Assembly: GCA_017960645.1 (NCBI GenBank)
Contig: JAGCYU010000004.1
Coordinates: forward strand, 7,152 to 71,151
From: Alphaproteobacteria bacterium
GTDB lineage: Bacteria > Pseudomonadota > Alphaproteobacteria > CAAHEQ01 > UBA3637
Direction of reading: 5' to 3'
DNA length: 64,000 nt
A program made the translations under genes and the position numbers. A model generated the notes under the pieces. The model was not told the origin of the DNA. It saw only the letters and a list, made by a program, of their open reading frames with translations, and did no database searches. Within the stretch, counting starts at the first letter, position 1. Each line of letters begins with the position of its first letter. Shown piece after piece: positions 41,625-51,596 of this stretch.

Positions 41625-42824
41625 ATGACATGTATTATTCAAGTTTTGCCTGCCTTACAACAAGGGGGTGTTGAGCGTGGTACAATTGAAATTGCACGGG
41701 CTTTACAACAGGCAGGGATTAAAAATCTGGTTATTTCGGCCGGAGGACGCATGGTGCATGAGCTGGAAGGTTTAGGCGTTGAGCATATAACTTTGCCTGT
41801 GAATACCAAAAATCCGTTTAAAATCATAGCCAATGCAAAACTTTTGGCAAAAATTTTTCAAGAAAAAGAGGCTACTTTGATCCATGTGCGATCCAGAGCT
41901 CCCGCTTGGTCTGTCAAGTTGGCTTGCCGTCGCACAGGAATTCCCTATATTGCCAGCTTTCATGGGGTGTATAAAACCGAACCTGCGTGGTTTAAAAAGC
42001 CATACAATCGCGTGATGTTGTCTGGTGAACATGTGATTGCCGTATCCAGACACGTGAAACAGCACATTATAGATACGTATGGGATGAATCCGGATAAAAT
42101 TACAGTGATTCATCGTGGGGCAGATGTTATTCATTTTGATCCAGCCAAGGTATCGGAAGAAAAAGTCACTTATTTGCGTGAACAATGGAATATACCTGAA
42201 AACTTGCCGGTGATTACTTTGGTCGGCCGTTTAACATCTTGGAAGGGGCAGTCGGTTTTATTGGAAGCTTGCAGTAAAATGCAACATAAAAATTTTGTTT
42301 GTTTGTTCGTTGGCTCGGATCAAGGACGCACCGAATACCATCAAGCCTTGGAAAAACAAGCTCAGGCTTTATATGGTAAACCCAAAGTTGTGTTTGTGGA
42401 GGCTTGCCGCGATATGCCAGCATTGTATCGGCTAAGTGCAGTTGTCGTGAACGCGTCCATTGAACCCGAGGCTTTTGGTCGGACAATTGCGGAAGCTCAA
42501 GCCATGGAGCGAATTGTTGTGGCGACGGCTCATGGTGGTGCGTGTGAGACTATCCAAGATGGTCAGACAGGTTTTTTGGTGCCAGTAGGTGATGCCACGG
42601 CATTGGCCGCAACTTTGGATAAAGTTCTAGACATGCCATCGGAAGAGCTGAATAAAATTGAAAAGCAAGCGCGTCAGTCAGTCATAGATAATTTTTCCGT
42701 GCAAAAAATGTGTGCCAATACCTTGGATTTATACCGGCGTTTAGAGGAAAATGCTGTTTCAGAAGCTTTTACAGTACCACAAGGTCATGTTGATAATATG
42801 CCAAATGATGAAAAGACGATATGA
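41625..42824 (+). CDS. glycosyltransferase family 4 (GT-B fold)
   Basis: The C-terminal EPEAFGRTIAEAQAM ... GFLVP motif is typical of GT4. Confidence 0.8.
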   Translation: MTCIIQVLPALQQGGVERGTIEIARALQQAGIKNLVISAGGRMVHELEGLGVEHITLPVNTKNPFKIIANAKLLAKIFQEKEATLIHVRSRAPAWSVKLACRRTGIPYIASFHGVYKTEPAWFKKPYNRVMLSGEHVIAVSRHVKQHIIDTYGMNPDKITVIHRGADVIHFDPAKVSEEKVTYLREQWNIPENLPVITLVGRLTSWKGQSVLLEACSKMQHKNFVCLFVGSDQGRTEYHQALEKQAQALYGKPKVVFVEACRDMPALYRLSAVVVNASIEPEAFGRTIAEAQAMERIVVATAHGGACETIQDGQTGFLVPVGDATALAATLDKVLDMPSEELNKIEKQARQSVIDNFSVQKMCANTLDLYRRLEENAVSEAFTVPQGHVDNMPNDEKTI

Positions 42825-43708
42825 CAAAAAAAATCTTGTTACTTTTGTTATTGATTGTATGTTGTATATGGGCTTATTTACAGTTATCGTCTCGTACACA
42901 AAAAATCCTTGTGTTGGAATCGGAAGTGCGTTCTGTCCCTATTAAATATCTTGTAGTTCATTCATTTAATGAAACACCCGAAAAAATGGTGGATAATTTA
43001 CAAAAATATGGGCTGTCTGTGCACTACTTAATTGATGCAAAAGGAAATATCCAACAGTTGGTTCCAGAAAATCGTGTAGCATGGCATGCAGGCCCCAGTT
43101 TTTGGGCAGGGACTCAAGGGCTTAATCGATCCTCTATAGGCATTGAACTGGAACATGCTGATTTTGGGCAAACGGATTTTCCAAAAGCACAGATTGATTC
43201 TTTAATTCATTTAATGAAAGACATTATTCAGCGCCATCGTATTTTACCAGAAAATATTGTTGCTCACAGCGATATTGCCCCTGATGGGAAAATGGATCCT
43301 GGGCGGGCTTTCTCTTGGCAACAATTGGCAGAGCAGGGTATCGGTCTGTGGTATAATATAGATGATGCTGATAAATTACCCCCAGATTTAACTGTGGCAG
43401 AATTGTTAGCGATGGTTGGTTATCCCGTCAAAGGGCGACAACTGACTGCATCGGCTTGGGCTTTCAGAGAGCATTTTATGCCCGAAGTCGTTCCCTATGA
43501 TGGCGATATTCAAAAGCGCGGAGATATGATTTTTCAAGCAAGACAGAAAGTGGCCAAGCTGCCAGCAGCAGAGCAGGCTAAAGCTTTGGAACAAGTGCCT
43601 GCCATTTATCCGCCAGACGATGGAACGTACTTAACAGATCCCCATTTTATCCAAGTGCTTCGTGCGGTTGCCTATCAATATCAACAGCAAAGATTATTGC
43701 ATCCATAA
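42821..43708 (+). CDS. N-acetylmuramoyl-L-alanine amidase (AmpD/amidase_2 family) with C-terminal extension
   Basis: Amidase_2 motifs (VVHSF..., NRSSIGIELEH, AHSDIAP) are present. An N-terminal TM/signal segment precedes them. Confidence 0.75.
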   Translation: MTKKILLLLLLIVCCIWAYLQLSSRTQKILVLESEVRSVPIKYLVVHSFNETPEKMVDNLQKYGLSVHYLIDAKGNIQQLVPENRVAWHAGPSFWAGTQGLNRSSIGIELEHADFGQTDFPKAQIDSLIHLMKDIIQRHRILPENIVAHSDIAPDGKMDPGRAFSWQQLAEQGIGLWYNIDDADKLPPDLTVAELLAMVGYPVKGRQLTASAWAFREHFMPEVVPYDGDIQKRGDMIFQARQKVAKLPAAEQAKALEQVPAIYPPDDGTYLTDPHFIQVLRAVAYQYQQQRLLHP

Positions 43709-43712
43709 TTAA

Positions 43713-44204
43713 TTAAAAAAACGGGGTGTATGCCCATTGTAAGAGGGCTTGCCGTTGCTTTGGACGACATGTGATGTCAAAGGGCAGACAGTTTTTATGG
43801 ATTTGGATGACGTGTCGTTTAAAGCTTTTCCAACGCCGAATTTGGATAGCATCGATATCTGGTATCCTGCGCCCCATATAGTAACGGCAATACCATTGAA
43901 ACCATCCGCGTGGGTCTGGGCCGATAATCCAACCTCGATTGCGCCATTCTTGCAAAGACATGCGTGATTTTACACGAAAATAATTCAGTTTTATATTGGG
44001 TTTCTTTAAGGATAGTTTGGCTCCTGCAAACCAATCTTTTGGAAATTCATTCTGGCAATCGGTCATGTAGTGACCTTCAAACACCCCTAATTGCAGCATT
44101 TGTTTTGGCGTTAATTGTGGTTGAAAGTCGGGGGCAAAATCTGCTCCCATCGGTGCAACATATTCATAACTATAGCATTTTTGCATTTTATCGTTGACAA
44201 TCAT
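43713..44204 (-). CDS. conserved hypothetical protein (Trp/Arg-rich motif RGWFQWYCRYYMGRR)
   Basis: 163-aa ORF with no signal peptide. I cannot assign a family. Confidence 0.4.
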   Translation of the reverse strand: MIVNDKMQKCYSYEYVAPMGADFAPDFQPQLTPKQMLQLGVFEGHYMTDCQNEFPKDWFAGAKLSLKKPNIKLNYFRVKSRMSLQEWRNRGWIIGPDPRGWFQWYCRYYMGRRIPDIDAIQIRRWKSFKRHVIQIHKNCLPFDITCRPKQRQALLQWAYTPFF

Positions 44205-44299
44205 GACATTGATATGGGGACAAAAATATTGAAGTCAAGACACTATTTTCTTGATTGATTTAAAAAAATGAATATATTAGATACAAAAAAGGAAAATAA

Positions 44300-44914
44300 A
44301 TGACTCTTAACGTAAAAACTTTTGTAGAACCGCCAATAAGCAATAATAACTATGTTCTTATTGACTCAAAGTCGCATGAGGCTGTATTGATTGATTGTTC
44401 TGCCTCTGATGACAAAATAATGGCATATATTCAAGAACAAGGTGCCACTTTAAAATATATTTTATTGACCCATGCTCATTTTGATCACGTGTTAGGGGTG
44501 GACTATTTTCAAAAAAAATATCATGTGCCTGCTTATTGTTCTGAAAAAGATGAGGCTTTATTAAAACAAATCAACAGTTATATGCAGTTAATGAAGCTGC
44601 CTATAGTCGTAGAACCTAAAATAGATGAATATATAGAACATCAAGCACTAAATATTGGGCGTTATCCTATCCAGGTTATTCCAACCCCTGGTCATACACG
44701 GGGTGGTGTGTGTTACTTGATAGATAACATGCTGTTTTCGGGTGATACGTTGTTCAAGGGTAGTTATGGTCGTACCGATTTACCCGATAGTAATGAACAT
44801 GATATGCAACAAAGCCTGCAACTGCTGTTTAAAACCCTGCAAGATGATATTATTGTTTATCCCGGGCATGGAGAGACTACCACGATTAAACACGAGCGCA
44901 AATTATATAAATAA
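44300..44914 (+). CDS. MBL-fold metallo-hydrolase (glyoxalase II-like)
   Basis: THAHFDHV motif with downstream His/Asp ligands. Confidence 0.8.
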   Translation: MTLNVKTFVEPPISNNNYVLIDSKSHEAVLIDCSASDDKIMAYIQEQGATLKYILLTHAHFDHVLGVDYFQKKYHVPAYCSEKDEALLKQINSYMQLMKLPIVVEPKIDEYIEHQALNIGRYPIQVIPTPGHTRGGVCYLIDNMLFSGDTLFKGSYGRTDLPDSNEHDMQQSLQLLFKTLQDDIIVYPGHGETTTIKHERKLYK

Positions 44915-44918
44915 CGTC

Positions 44919-45839
44919 TTACTTATCCAAATGTACCACGCGTTGTGGGAAAGGGATTTCAATCTTGTTTTTTTCAAATGCATCCCAAATGGCAAACATC
45001 AATGCACTGCGAACAGATCCTTTTTTTGTGACATCATCTACATAAGCACGCAATTCAAAATTCACGCTGCTATCTGCAAAGTCTGTTAACCAGACAAATG
45101 GCGGATTTTTTGTCGAAACACCTTCTGTCTTTTGAGCACAATCCAACAAAATATCATGTACTTTTTTCATATTTGAATTGTATGATACCCCGATTGGAAT
45201 AATAATTCGTCCCCCTTTGCGCCTGCGTGTTAAGTTGACTAAATCCCCGGATAAAATAGAGGAATTAGGGATAAGCACGCTGGCCTTGTCAAAGCTTTCC
45301 AATTCTGTCGCACGAATACGAATATTTTTCACAATGCCTTCCTGACCGCTTACCTGAATCCAATCGCCCACTGAAATAGGACGTTCAAATAAAATCAAAA
45401 TACCAGATACAAAGTTGTTGATGATAGTTTGTAATCCGAAGCCAATACCAACAGATAAGGCCCCGAAAACGATGGCAAGATTTTGCATATCTAACCCTAA
45501 AAATGACAAAGTTCCCCATGCCGCAATAATCCAACCTGTATAGGTGACGAGTTTTGCCATAGAATAAAAAATATCATCATTGTTTTGAGGATGGTTTTGT
45601 ACCCAACGGATCAGTAATTTCTTTAAAAAGCCAAAAATGTATAAAGTCAAAGAAACAAAAATCAATGCTTTGATGACATTACTTAGATCAATTGTCGGTA
45701 GTTCTAATCCCGGAAAGATTTTTTGAATGAATTCTGGTTTTTTCCATGCATAGTAAAAGGTTAGGGCAACAATAACCCAAATTCCTAATTGAATAAATAC
45801 TGTTAAAAAACGCTTAATTTTTCCTATTTTTTGTTTCAT
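44919..45839 (-). CDS. small-conductance mechanosensitive channel (MscS family)
   Basis: Three TM helices followed by the MscS beta domain (GDWIQVSGQEGIVKNIRIRAT). Confidence 0.8.
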   Translation of the reverse strand: MKQKIGKIKRFLTVFIQLGIWVIVALTFYYAWKKPEFIQKIFPGLELPTIDLSNVIKALIFVSLTLYIFGFLKKLLIRWVQNHPQNNDDIFYSMAKLVTYTGWIIAAWGTLSFLGLDMQNLAIVFGALSVGIGFGLQTIINNFVSGILILFERPISVGDWIQVSGQEGIVKNIRIRATELESFDKASVLIPNSSILSGDLVNLTRRRKGGRIIIPIGVSYNSNMKKVHDILLDCAQKTEGVSTKNPPFVWLTDFADSSVNFELRAYVDDVTKKGSVRSALMFAIWDAFEKNKIEIPFPQRVVHLDK

Positions 45840-45897
45840 AATAACTCCCTTTGTTAATTTTGGCATTCTATATCAATGTATAAAAAGCAAGATTTTC

Positions 45898-46803
45898 CTA
45901 AAAATACTTCATAATCAGATATCGTATAATTGTCTTGAGTGAAATATATTTCCACGAAAAATACCCCTTTTCATGTGCCATTTTGACTTGTGTTACCAGA
46001 TAGGGTGCCAAGCTTTTACGATGTTCCTTGTCGCGCCATGTTTTGTTAATGCACATACGCATGGCAATTGAGCAACGTTTTTGTGCCAAAGCCAGTAACG
46101 GAGTGTTTGCCAATTGTTCGTTGACGAATTCCATGCCTTTGATGTAACTGTCTATTTTATGTATAGAGAAGGCGCTTCTAACAATAGAACCATTTGTTTG
46201 TCTGTATAAATACAATTTATCATCAATATTGGCAAATCCAGAAATATTTGCAAATAATGTGACAATAAAAGGCCAATCTTCAAAATAAATCCCGGGGATA
46301 AAACGATGCTCTTTTAAAATATCTGAACGATATAATTTTCCACAGGCCGACGAATAACCTTTTGGGTTTTTAAGAAGCAATTCTAATGCCGGTTGACAAA
46401 CTTGATAGCTGGTGTTTCTCGTTAAGTTGTTTTGCCCAATTATTCCAAAAGACGTAGATACTATGACAGGTTGATTAGACTCTTGGGCAACATGATACAG
46501 CCGGCTTAAGGCATTTGGTGCCAACATATCATCGCTATCTAAAAAGATAACCCAGTCTCCAATGGCAATATCTAAGGCTGCATTGCGTGCGGCAGACAAT
46601 CCTTGGTTGAATTGAGAAATGACTTTAAATCTAGCGTCCTTATTGGCATAGTCTGACAAAATAGTCGCACAATTATCCGTAGAGCCATCATTAACGCAAA
46701 TAGCTTCCCAATCTTGAAAATCTTGTGCAAGTACGCTGTCTAAGCATTCTGCCAGATAGTTCTGAACATTATAAACGGGAATTAAAACAGATATTTTAGG
46801 CAT
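45898..46803 (-). CDS. glycosyltransferase family 2
   Basis: ISVLIPVYNVQNYLAECLDSVLAQ ... DGSTD ... DSDD motifs. Confidence 0.85.
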   Translation of the reverse strand: MPKISVLIPVYNVQNYLAECLDSVLAQDFQDWEAICVNDGSTDNCATILSDYANKDARFKVISQFNQGLSAARNAALDIAIGDWVIFLDSDDMLAPNALSRLYHVAQESNQPVIVSTSFGIIGQNNLTRNTSYQVCQPALELLLKNPKGYSSACGKLYRSDILKEHRFIPGIYFEDWPFIVTLFANISGFANIDDKLYLYRQTNGSIVRSAFSIHKIDSYIKGMEFVNEQLANTPLLALAQKRCSIAMRMCINKTWRDKEHRKSLAPYLVTQVKMAHEKGYFSWKYISLKTIIRYLIMKYF

Positions 46804-46978
46804 ATAACATCCTTGTGCATATCATTATTTTTTTTTGAGCATACAGAATATTTTTGAAAAAAACAAGTAATTATCAAATTTTTCTTAAGAAATTTTGCTA
46901 TCATGAAAAAAACTATTGCTTTTATCAAAAAAAGGTGTTAACGTGAAAATCGGTTTTATTATTGATAAAGGAGTTTAA

Positions 46979-47689
46979 ATGACGTATAAATTGCCTAGTA
47001 CAGAAGAGGTCAAAAAGGTGGATTTGTCCTGGAAACGTTATTTGTTGCCGGCTATTCATCCAGAGGGAGCTGTTATCTTAGGGTGGATGTTTGGTATCTT
47101 TTTATTTTTAGGACTATTATGGAAAGGTGTATGGGTGATTGGGTTGCCTATGTTGGTCTTCACGTATTACTTTTTCCGTAATCCTGAACGTGTGACTCCA
47201 AAAGGTGAGGGGTTGATCATATCCCCAGCTGATGGTATTGTTAGCAATATTAAAGAAATGGTGCCTCCTAAAGGATTAGGGCTAGGGGCTGAAAAATTAA
47301 TTCGAATCAGTATTTTTATGAGTGTTTTTTCTGTTCATGTCAATCGGACTCCTGTGACAGGAAAGGTAACGCATTTAGAATATGTTCCGGGGAAGTTTTT
47401 ATCTGTGGCAGACAAAGACAGTGAAGATAACGAACGGCAATTGATTGGAATGGAAACACAGTCTGGACATAAAATTGGGTTTATTCAAATTGCTGGACTG
47501 ATTGCCCGTCGCATCTATTGTCCTTTAGTTGTCGGACAAAGACTCAAGGCAGGAGAGGTATTTGGTATGATTCGGTTTGGTTCCCGTTTGGATGTCTTTT
47601 TACCAAAGGGAGTTGAACCACAGGTTTTATTGGGGCAAGTTGCTGTTGCCGGGGAAACAATTTTAGCTCAAATAGGCAAAAAGGGGTAA
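46979..47689 (+). CDS. psd: phosphatidylserine decarboxylase proenzyme
   Basis: Psd family with the FGSR self-cleavage site near the C-terminus. Confidence 0.88.
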   Translation: MTYKLPSTEEVKKVDLSWKRYLLPAIHPEGAVILGWMFGIFLFLGLLWKGVWVIGLPMLVFTYYFFRNPERVTPKGEGLIISPADGIVSNIKEMVPPKGLGLGAEKLIRISIFMSVFSVHVNRTPVTGKVTHLEYVPGKFLSVADKDSEDNERQLIGMETQSGHKIGFIQIAGLIARRIYCPLVVGQRLKAGEVFGMIRFGSRLDVFLPKGVEPQVLLGQVAVAGETILAQIGKKG

Positions 47690-47692
47690 GTC

Positions 47693-48469
47693 ATGACAGA
47701 CGCAATTAAACCAATTTTTCCAAATGCAGTCACGATGATGGCTTTAGCTTTTGGGGTCTCTTCTATCAATATGGCTTTATGGGGCAGATGGGAATTGGCT
47801 GTCCTGTTTATCGTTTTGGCAGGATTCTTTGATTTTATGGATGGGCGTGTAGCACGTGCTTTGGATGTATCATCCCATTTTGGAGCAGAACTGGATTCCT
47901 TAAGTGATTTTGTCAGCTTTGGTGTTGCTCCTGGATTTTTAATGTACAATTGGACAATGGACACAACGATGCGAGCGGAAGCATTAAAAGATATTACCTA
48001 TCGCACTGATGCTGTGGGCCTATATTGGGGGGTCGTTTTGTTTTTTGCTGTATGTTGTGCCACACGTTTGGCACGCTTTAATACAATGTTAAATGAACGT
48101 CAACCAAAATATTGGACTCATTTTTTTATGGGTGTTCCAGCGCCTGCCGGTGGTGGTTTGGCTATGTTACCGCTTATTATGTGGATGGCTACAGGTGGGC
48201 AAGTAGCTTTATTTAGAGCGCCTTGGTTTGTTAGTTGTTTCGTTATTTTTGCGGGGGTAATGATGGCCAGTCGTATACCGACCTTATGCTTAAAACATTT
48301 ACATCCTAATCGATCCATGCGTTCTATTTTAATGTTTGTAATGTTAGCTTTAATCTGTGGCTTTGCAACATTGCCATGGCAAACGCTGAGTGTCGTCGGA
48401 GTCGGGTATTTAATATCCATCCCAATCGGCATATTTTATTTCTTGCATTTTAAAAAAAATTGTGGTTGA
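47693..48469 (+). CDS. pssA: CDP-diacylglycerol--serine O-phosphatidyltransferase
   Basis: CDP-alcohol phosphatidyltransferase motif DFMDGRVARAL...GAELDSLSD. Confidence 0.88.
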   Translation: MTDAIKPIFPNAVTMMALAFGVSSINMALWGRWELAVLFIVLAGFFDFMDGRVARALDVSSHFGAELDSLSDFVSFGVAPGFLMYNWTMDTTMRAEALKDITYRTDAVGLYWGVVLFFAVCCATRLARFNTMLNERQPKYWTHFFMGVPAPAGGGLAMLPLIMWMATGGQVALFRAPWFVSCFVIFAGVMMASRIPTLCLKHLHPNRSMRSILMFVMLALICGFATLPWQTLSVVGVGYLISIPIGIFYFLHFKKNCG

Positions 48470-48495
48470 ATGACCTTATAAGAGGGGGAAAGCGT

Positions 48496-49065
48496 ATGAA
48501 ATACATTAGTCTTTTTGCTTTATTATTAGGAACATCTATGATGGCCACAGCGGCTGTTGTTCCAACGGCTTCTATGCCTAAAACGCCAGTTCAAGTAGTG
48601 GACACCAGTCGTAAGGAAATTATTGTAGATGTGCCGGAACAGCTGAATTATGCAGAAGAATTAAAAAATCCAAGATTTAATAATTTGCGGCAATTTCAAG
48701 GAATGGAAGATGCAAAATATGTACGTAACGTAGCAAAAATGCTGCGTGATAACCCTGCAGCTTTAATGAAAAGCGTTTATAATATAGATGCCAGTGCTGT
48801 AGATATCAGCGCCTATGACGGGAAGAAGGCTTTAGGAACAAACAGAGAGCCTATTGGCGTGACAATGGGTGATAAAAGTATTAAAGATATGAATTGGGTT
48901 GATTCTTTGGCAGATGTTCGGTTCCCAGATTTTATGGGTGACTATAATGATTTGCGTACGTTGCAGGGTGAATTTCGTGACCAGCAACAAAAAGGGTTGG
49001 AAGAAATTAAAAAAATTGATTTGAAGAAAAAAGTACGCATGGCTCCAATTCAACAGGCACTATGA
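48496..49065 (+). CDS. secreted hypothetical protein
   Basis: Signal peptide MKYISLFALLLGTSMMATAA. I recognise no family. Confidence 0.45.
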   Translation: MKYISLFALLLGTSMMATAAVVPTASMPKTPVQVVDTSRKEIIVDVPEQLNYAEELKNPRFNNLRQFQGMEDAKYVRNVAKMLRDNPAALMKSVYNIDASAVDISAYDGKKALGTNREPIGVTMGDKSIKDMNWVDSLADVRFPDFMGDYNDLRTLQGEFRDQQQKGLEEIKKIDLKKKVRMAPIQQAL

Positions 49066-49802
49066 AAAAGGTTCCTTTAGCTTCATCGTCTGGTCTTTCC
49101 CCGATTGTCATCTTGGTTCGGCCGCAGTTAGCCGTAAATATAGGCATGGTGGCGCGTGCTATGATGAATTGTGGTTTAAGCGAATTACGGTTGGTTCAGC
49201 CTAAAGAAAATCACTTATCACCAGAGGCCATTTCGGGTTCTTCGGGTGCAGCAGTTATTTTGGAACAAGCAAGGGTTTTTGATTCCTTGCAATCAGCCTT
49301 GCAGGATATTCAATATGTGCAAGCAACAACTGCGCGCGTTCGTGACATGGCTAAGCGTGTTTATGTGCCGGAAAAAGCCCATGCACTAACAGCCAAGCGT
49401 CTTACAAAAGGACAAAAGGTGGCTTGGTTGTTTGGGCCTGAAAGAACCGGGTTGGAAAACGATGATTTAATTATGGCAGACGCATTGGTACAAATACCGT
49501 TAAATCCAGCGCACAGTTCATTGAATTTATCGCAAGCTGTATTGATTATGGGCTATACATGGTGGATTCGGCACAAGAAGCCAACAGAAATATTGATGAC
49601 AGGCAATTCTAAAGTTGCCAACAAACATGAACTGGACTTGTTTTTAGATAGCTTGGAACACAAACTGGAAAGGGCAGGTTATTTCCATTTTCCGGAAAAA
49701 ACTGACCGAATGAAGCGCAATTTAAGGAACATTTTTACCCGTTCTGATCTGACAAGCTCAGAGATAAAAACCCTTTATAGTGTCATTTCTTACATAAAAT
49801 AA
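49062..49802 (+). CDS. SpoU/TrmH-family RNA 2'-O-methyltransferase (TrmJ-like)
   Basis: LVRPQLAVNIGMVARAMMNCGL N-terminal SPOUT motif plus a C-terminal extension. Confidence 0.75.
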   Translation: MKKVPLASSSGLSPIVILVRPQLAVNIGMVARAMMNCGLSELRLVQPKENHLSPEAISGSSGAAVILEQARVFDSLQSALQDIQYVQATTARVRDMAKRVYVPEKAHALTAKRLTKGQKVAWLFGPERTGLENDDLIMADALVQIPLNPAHSSLNLSQAVLIMGYTWWIRHKKPTEILMTGNSKVANKHELDLFLDSLEHKLERAGYFHFPEKTDRMKRNLRNIFTRSDLTSSEIKTLYSVISYIK

Positions 49803-49822
49803 TAAAATCCTTTAAAAAAAGC

Positions 49823-49852
49823 TTGCACAAGCGATAAAATTGTGCTTACAAT
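49823..49852 (+). promoter_or_regulatory. sigma70-type promoter (TTGCAC-18-TACAAT) for the LamG/pilin-like operon
   Basis: TTGCAC at 49823-49828 and TACAAT at 49847-49852. An AGGGAG RBS precedes the ATG at 49872. Confidence 0.5.
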
Positions 49853-49871
49853 GTAGCATAAGGGAGTTTTT

Positions 49872-51578
49872 ATGGTTTATTTAACAATTTTATTAACAAT
49901 TTTAATAAGTATTTTGATTTACACGTTTGATCCGGCTCCAAACAGGTCTGAACACGATATAACCGGCGCTGAAGCGTATGTTTTAGGATTTATCAACCAA
50001 CACCAAGCCGCCCGCGACTTTATGAAGCATTGGTTAGGGCATAGTAAGGCTAATGACGGCGCACATGGTGTTGTTGGCGGGAAAGGCGTTATATTATCTG
50101 GGGATACAGATCCTGGAACAGAACAAGGGCGTATGGAAAGTTTTATGCTCAAGGGATTAACCTCAAATATACACACTTATAATGGGAGTGGATTTGCAAC
50201 TGGTTCAGATAACGGGACCTTTAAATCTGCTTATGTGTGTTTGGATGAGCATTTAGAAAACCTGGTTGCTGAAACAAATTGCCGAAATCGTTATGTTGTG
50301 ACGTATGCAAAAGATAAACCGGATTGGTGGACAGATCCAAAAGAGCAGGAAAAAAAGGCCACAAAAGGTCAACGGTGGCGGCGTGCCATTGCTCAACGAA
50401 CTCATGGATCGTATGGGTGCGGTGTATTAACTATGGCCGACGGGACAGGAAGCAAAAATTGGTGTTATAAAACCGGTAAGAAGAACACAATCAAACCCAA
50501 AGAGAGTTCATGTGCCACGGGCGAACGTGAGGGGAAATATTGCATTGACAATGGCGAAGGATGTCAGACTTTGCTGCCCTCTGGAATTCAAGTATTCTTG
50601 GAAAATGAAATAAATAATGATTTAAGTGATAGACTGGTGTGTATCAGCACGGTAAAAAATCCCTATGTTACAGAAGGATTAATGTTCCAATATGATTCCA
50701 TCGATAGTGCGGGAAATGGAGCGCCTGCCGCAAATGGGACTAATCTTACGACGCATTCCTCTCCCTTTACTTGGGCGAATTCGGAAGTGGGAACCCCTGT
50801 CAATTGGAATGCATCCGGCTCTCCAACATGGGAAGATAGCTCAAAAAGTTCCCCTATGATTCCACATAACAACGGACATGCCTTTAATTTTCAATTGGGA
50901 AATAATGATTCTACATTTACTTTGACTATAGTAGCAAAGGTTCCAAATAAAACTGCCCAGACAATCATAGGTCCTGTTACCCCATCAGGACTAAATATTC
51001 CTGATTTAACCGTTGATGATGGCGCTGGTAATAAGAAAAAAGCAAATATTGGGATGTATTATATGAATGATTGTTCAATAGCAAGTGAAGGCGCGGTTAC
51101 TGGGGATTGTTTTTTGCTCTTGACCAGAAAAGATGCCAGCCATGCGGATACAATTGATGGAAACATCATTAGCTATGATAATAATAATAATGGAATAATA
51201 TCGTGGACAATTGTCAAGCGTCCTGATCTTGATGGAATTTCAACGCTTTATTGGTATAACGGAGCAGAGCCGGTGTGTGATAGTGGTAGTGAAGTAGTAA
51301 AACACCCCTATATAGATGGAGGGGGAACGCGAAACAATATGACTTTAGGGGGGGGATCTGGCGGTAGTGCAGATGATACTGTCAGAATTTATGCCATACG
51401 GTATTACAATCGCCCCTTGACAAGGCGGGAAATCAACCGTAACTTCCGTGCAGATGGGGAACGATATGGCGTCGGCAGTTGGACGGGGAGCTGTACCAAC
51501 AAATGCGAGGTAGATTCGGATTGTTTGAATACATATCAAAGTTGCAAAAGTGGCGAATGCAAAATAAAGGATGAATAA
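49872..51578 (+). CDS. membrane-anchored surface protein with LamG-like (concanavalin-type) domain and Cys-rich C-terminal tail
   Basis: N-terminal hydrophobic anchor. DTVRIYAIRYYNRPLTRREINRNF matches the LamG hallmark strand (RIYNRALSAxEI). The tail reads CTNKCEVDSDCLNTYQSCKSGEC. Confidence 0.6.
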   Translation: MVYLTILLTILISILIYTFDPAPNRSEHDITGAEAYVLGFINQHQAARDFMKHWLGHSKANDGAHGVVGGKGVILSGDTDPGTEQGRMESFMLKGLTSNIHTYNGSGFATGSDNGTFKSAYVCLDEHLENLVAETNCRNRYVVTYAKDKPDWWTDPKEQEKKATKGQRWRRAIAQRTHGSYGCGVLTMADGTGSKNWCYKTGKKNTIKPKESSCATGEREGKYCIDNGEGCQTLLPSGIQVFLENEINNDLSDRLVCISTVKNPYVTEGLMFQYDSIDSAGNGAPAANGTNLTTHSSPFTWANSEVGTPVNWNASGSPTWEDSSKSSPMIPHNNGHAFNFQLGNNDSTFTLTIVAKVPNKTAQTIIGPVTPSGLNIPDLTVDDGAGNKKKANIGMYYMNDCSIASEGAVTGDCFLLLTRKDASHADTIDGNIISYDNNNNGIISWTIVKRPDLDGISTLYWYNGAEPVCDSGSEVVKHPYIDGGGTRNNMTLGGGSGGSADDTVRIYAIRYYNRPLTRREINRNFRADGERYGVGSWTGSCTNKCEVDSDCLNTYQSCKSGECKIKDE

Positions 51579-51596
51579 ATACAAAGGAGAAAGAGG

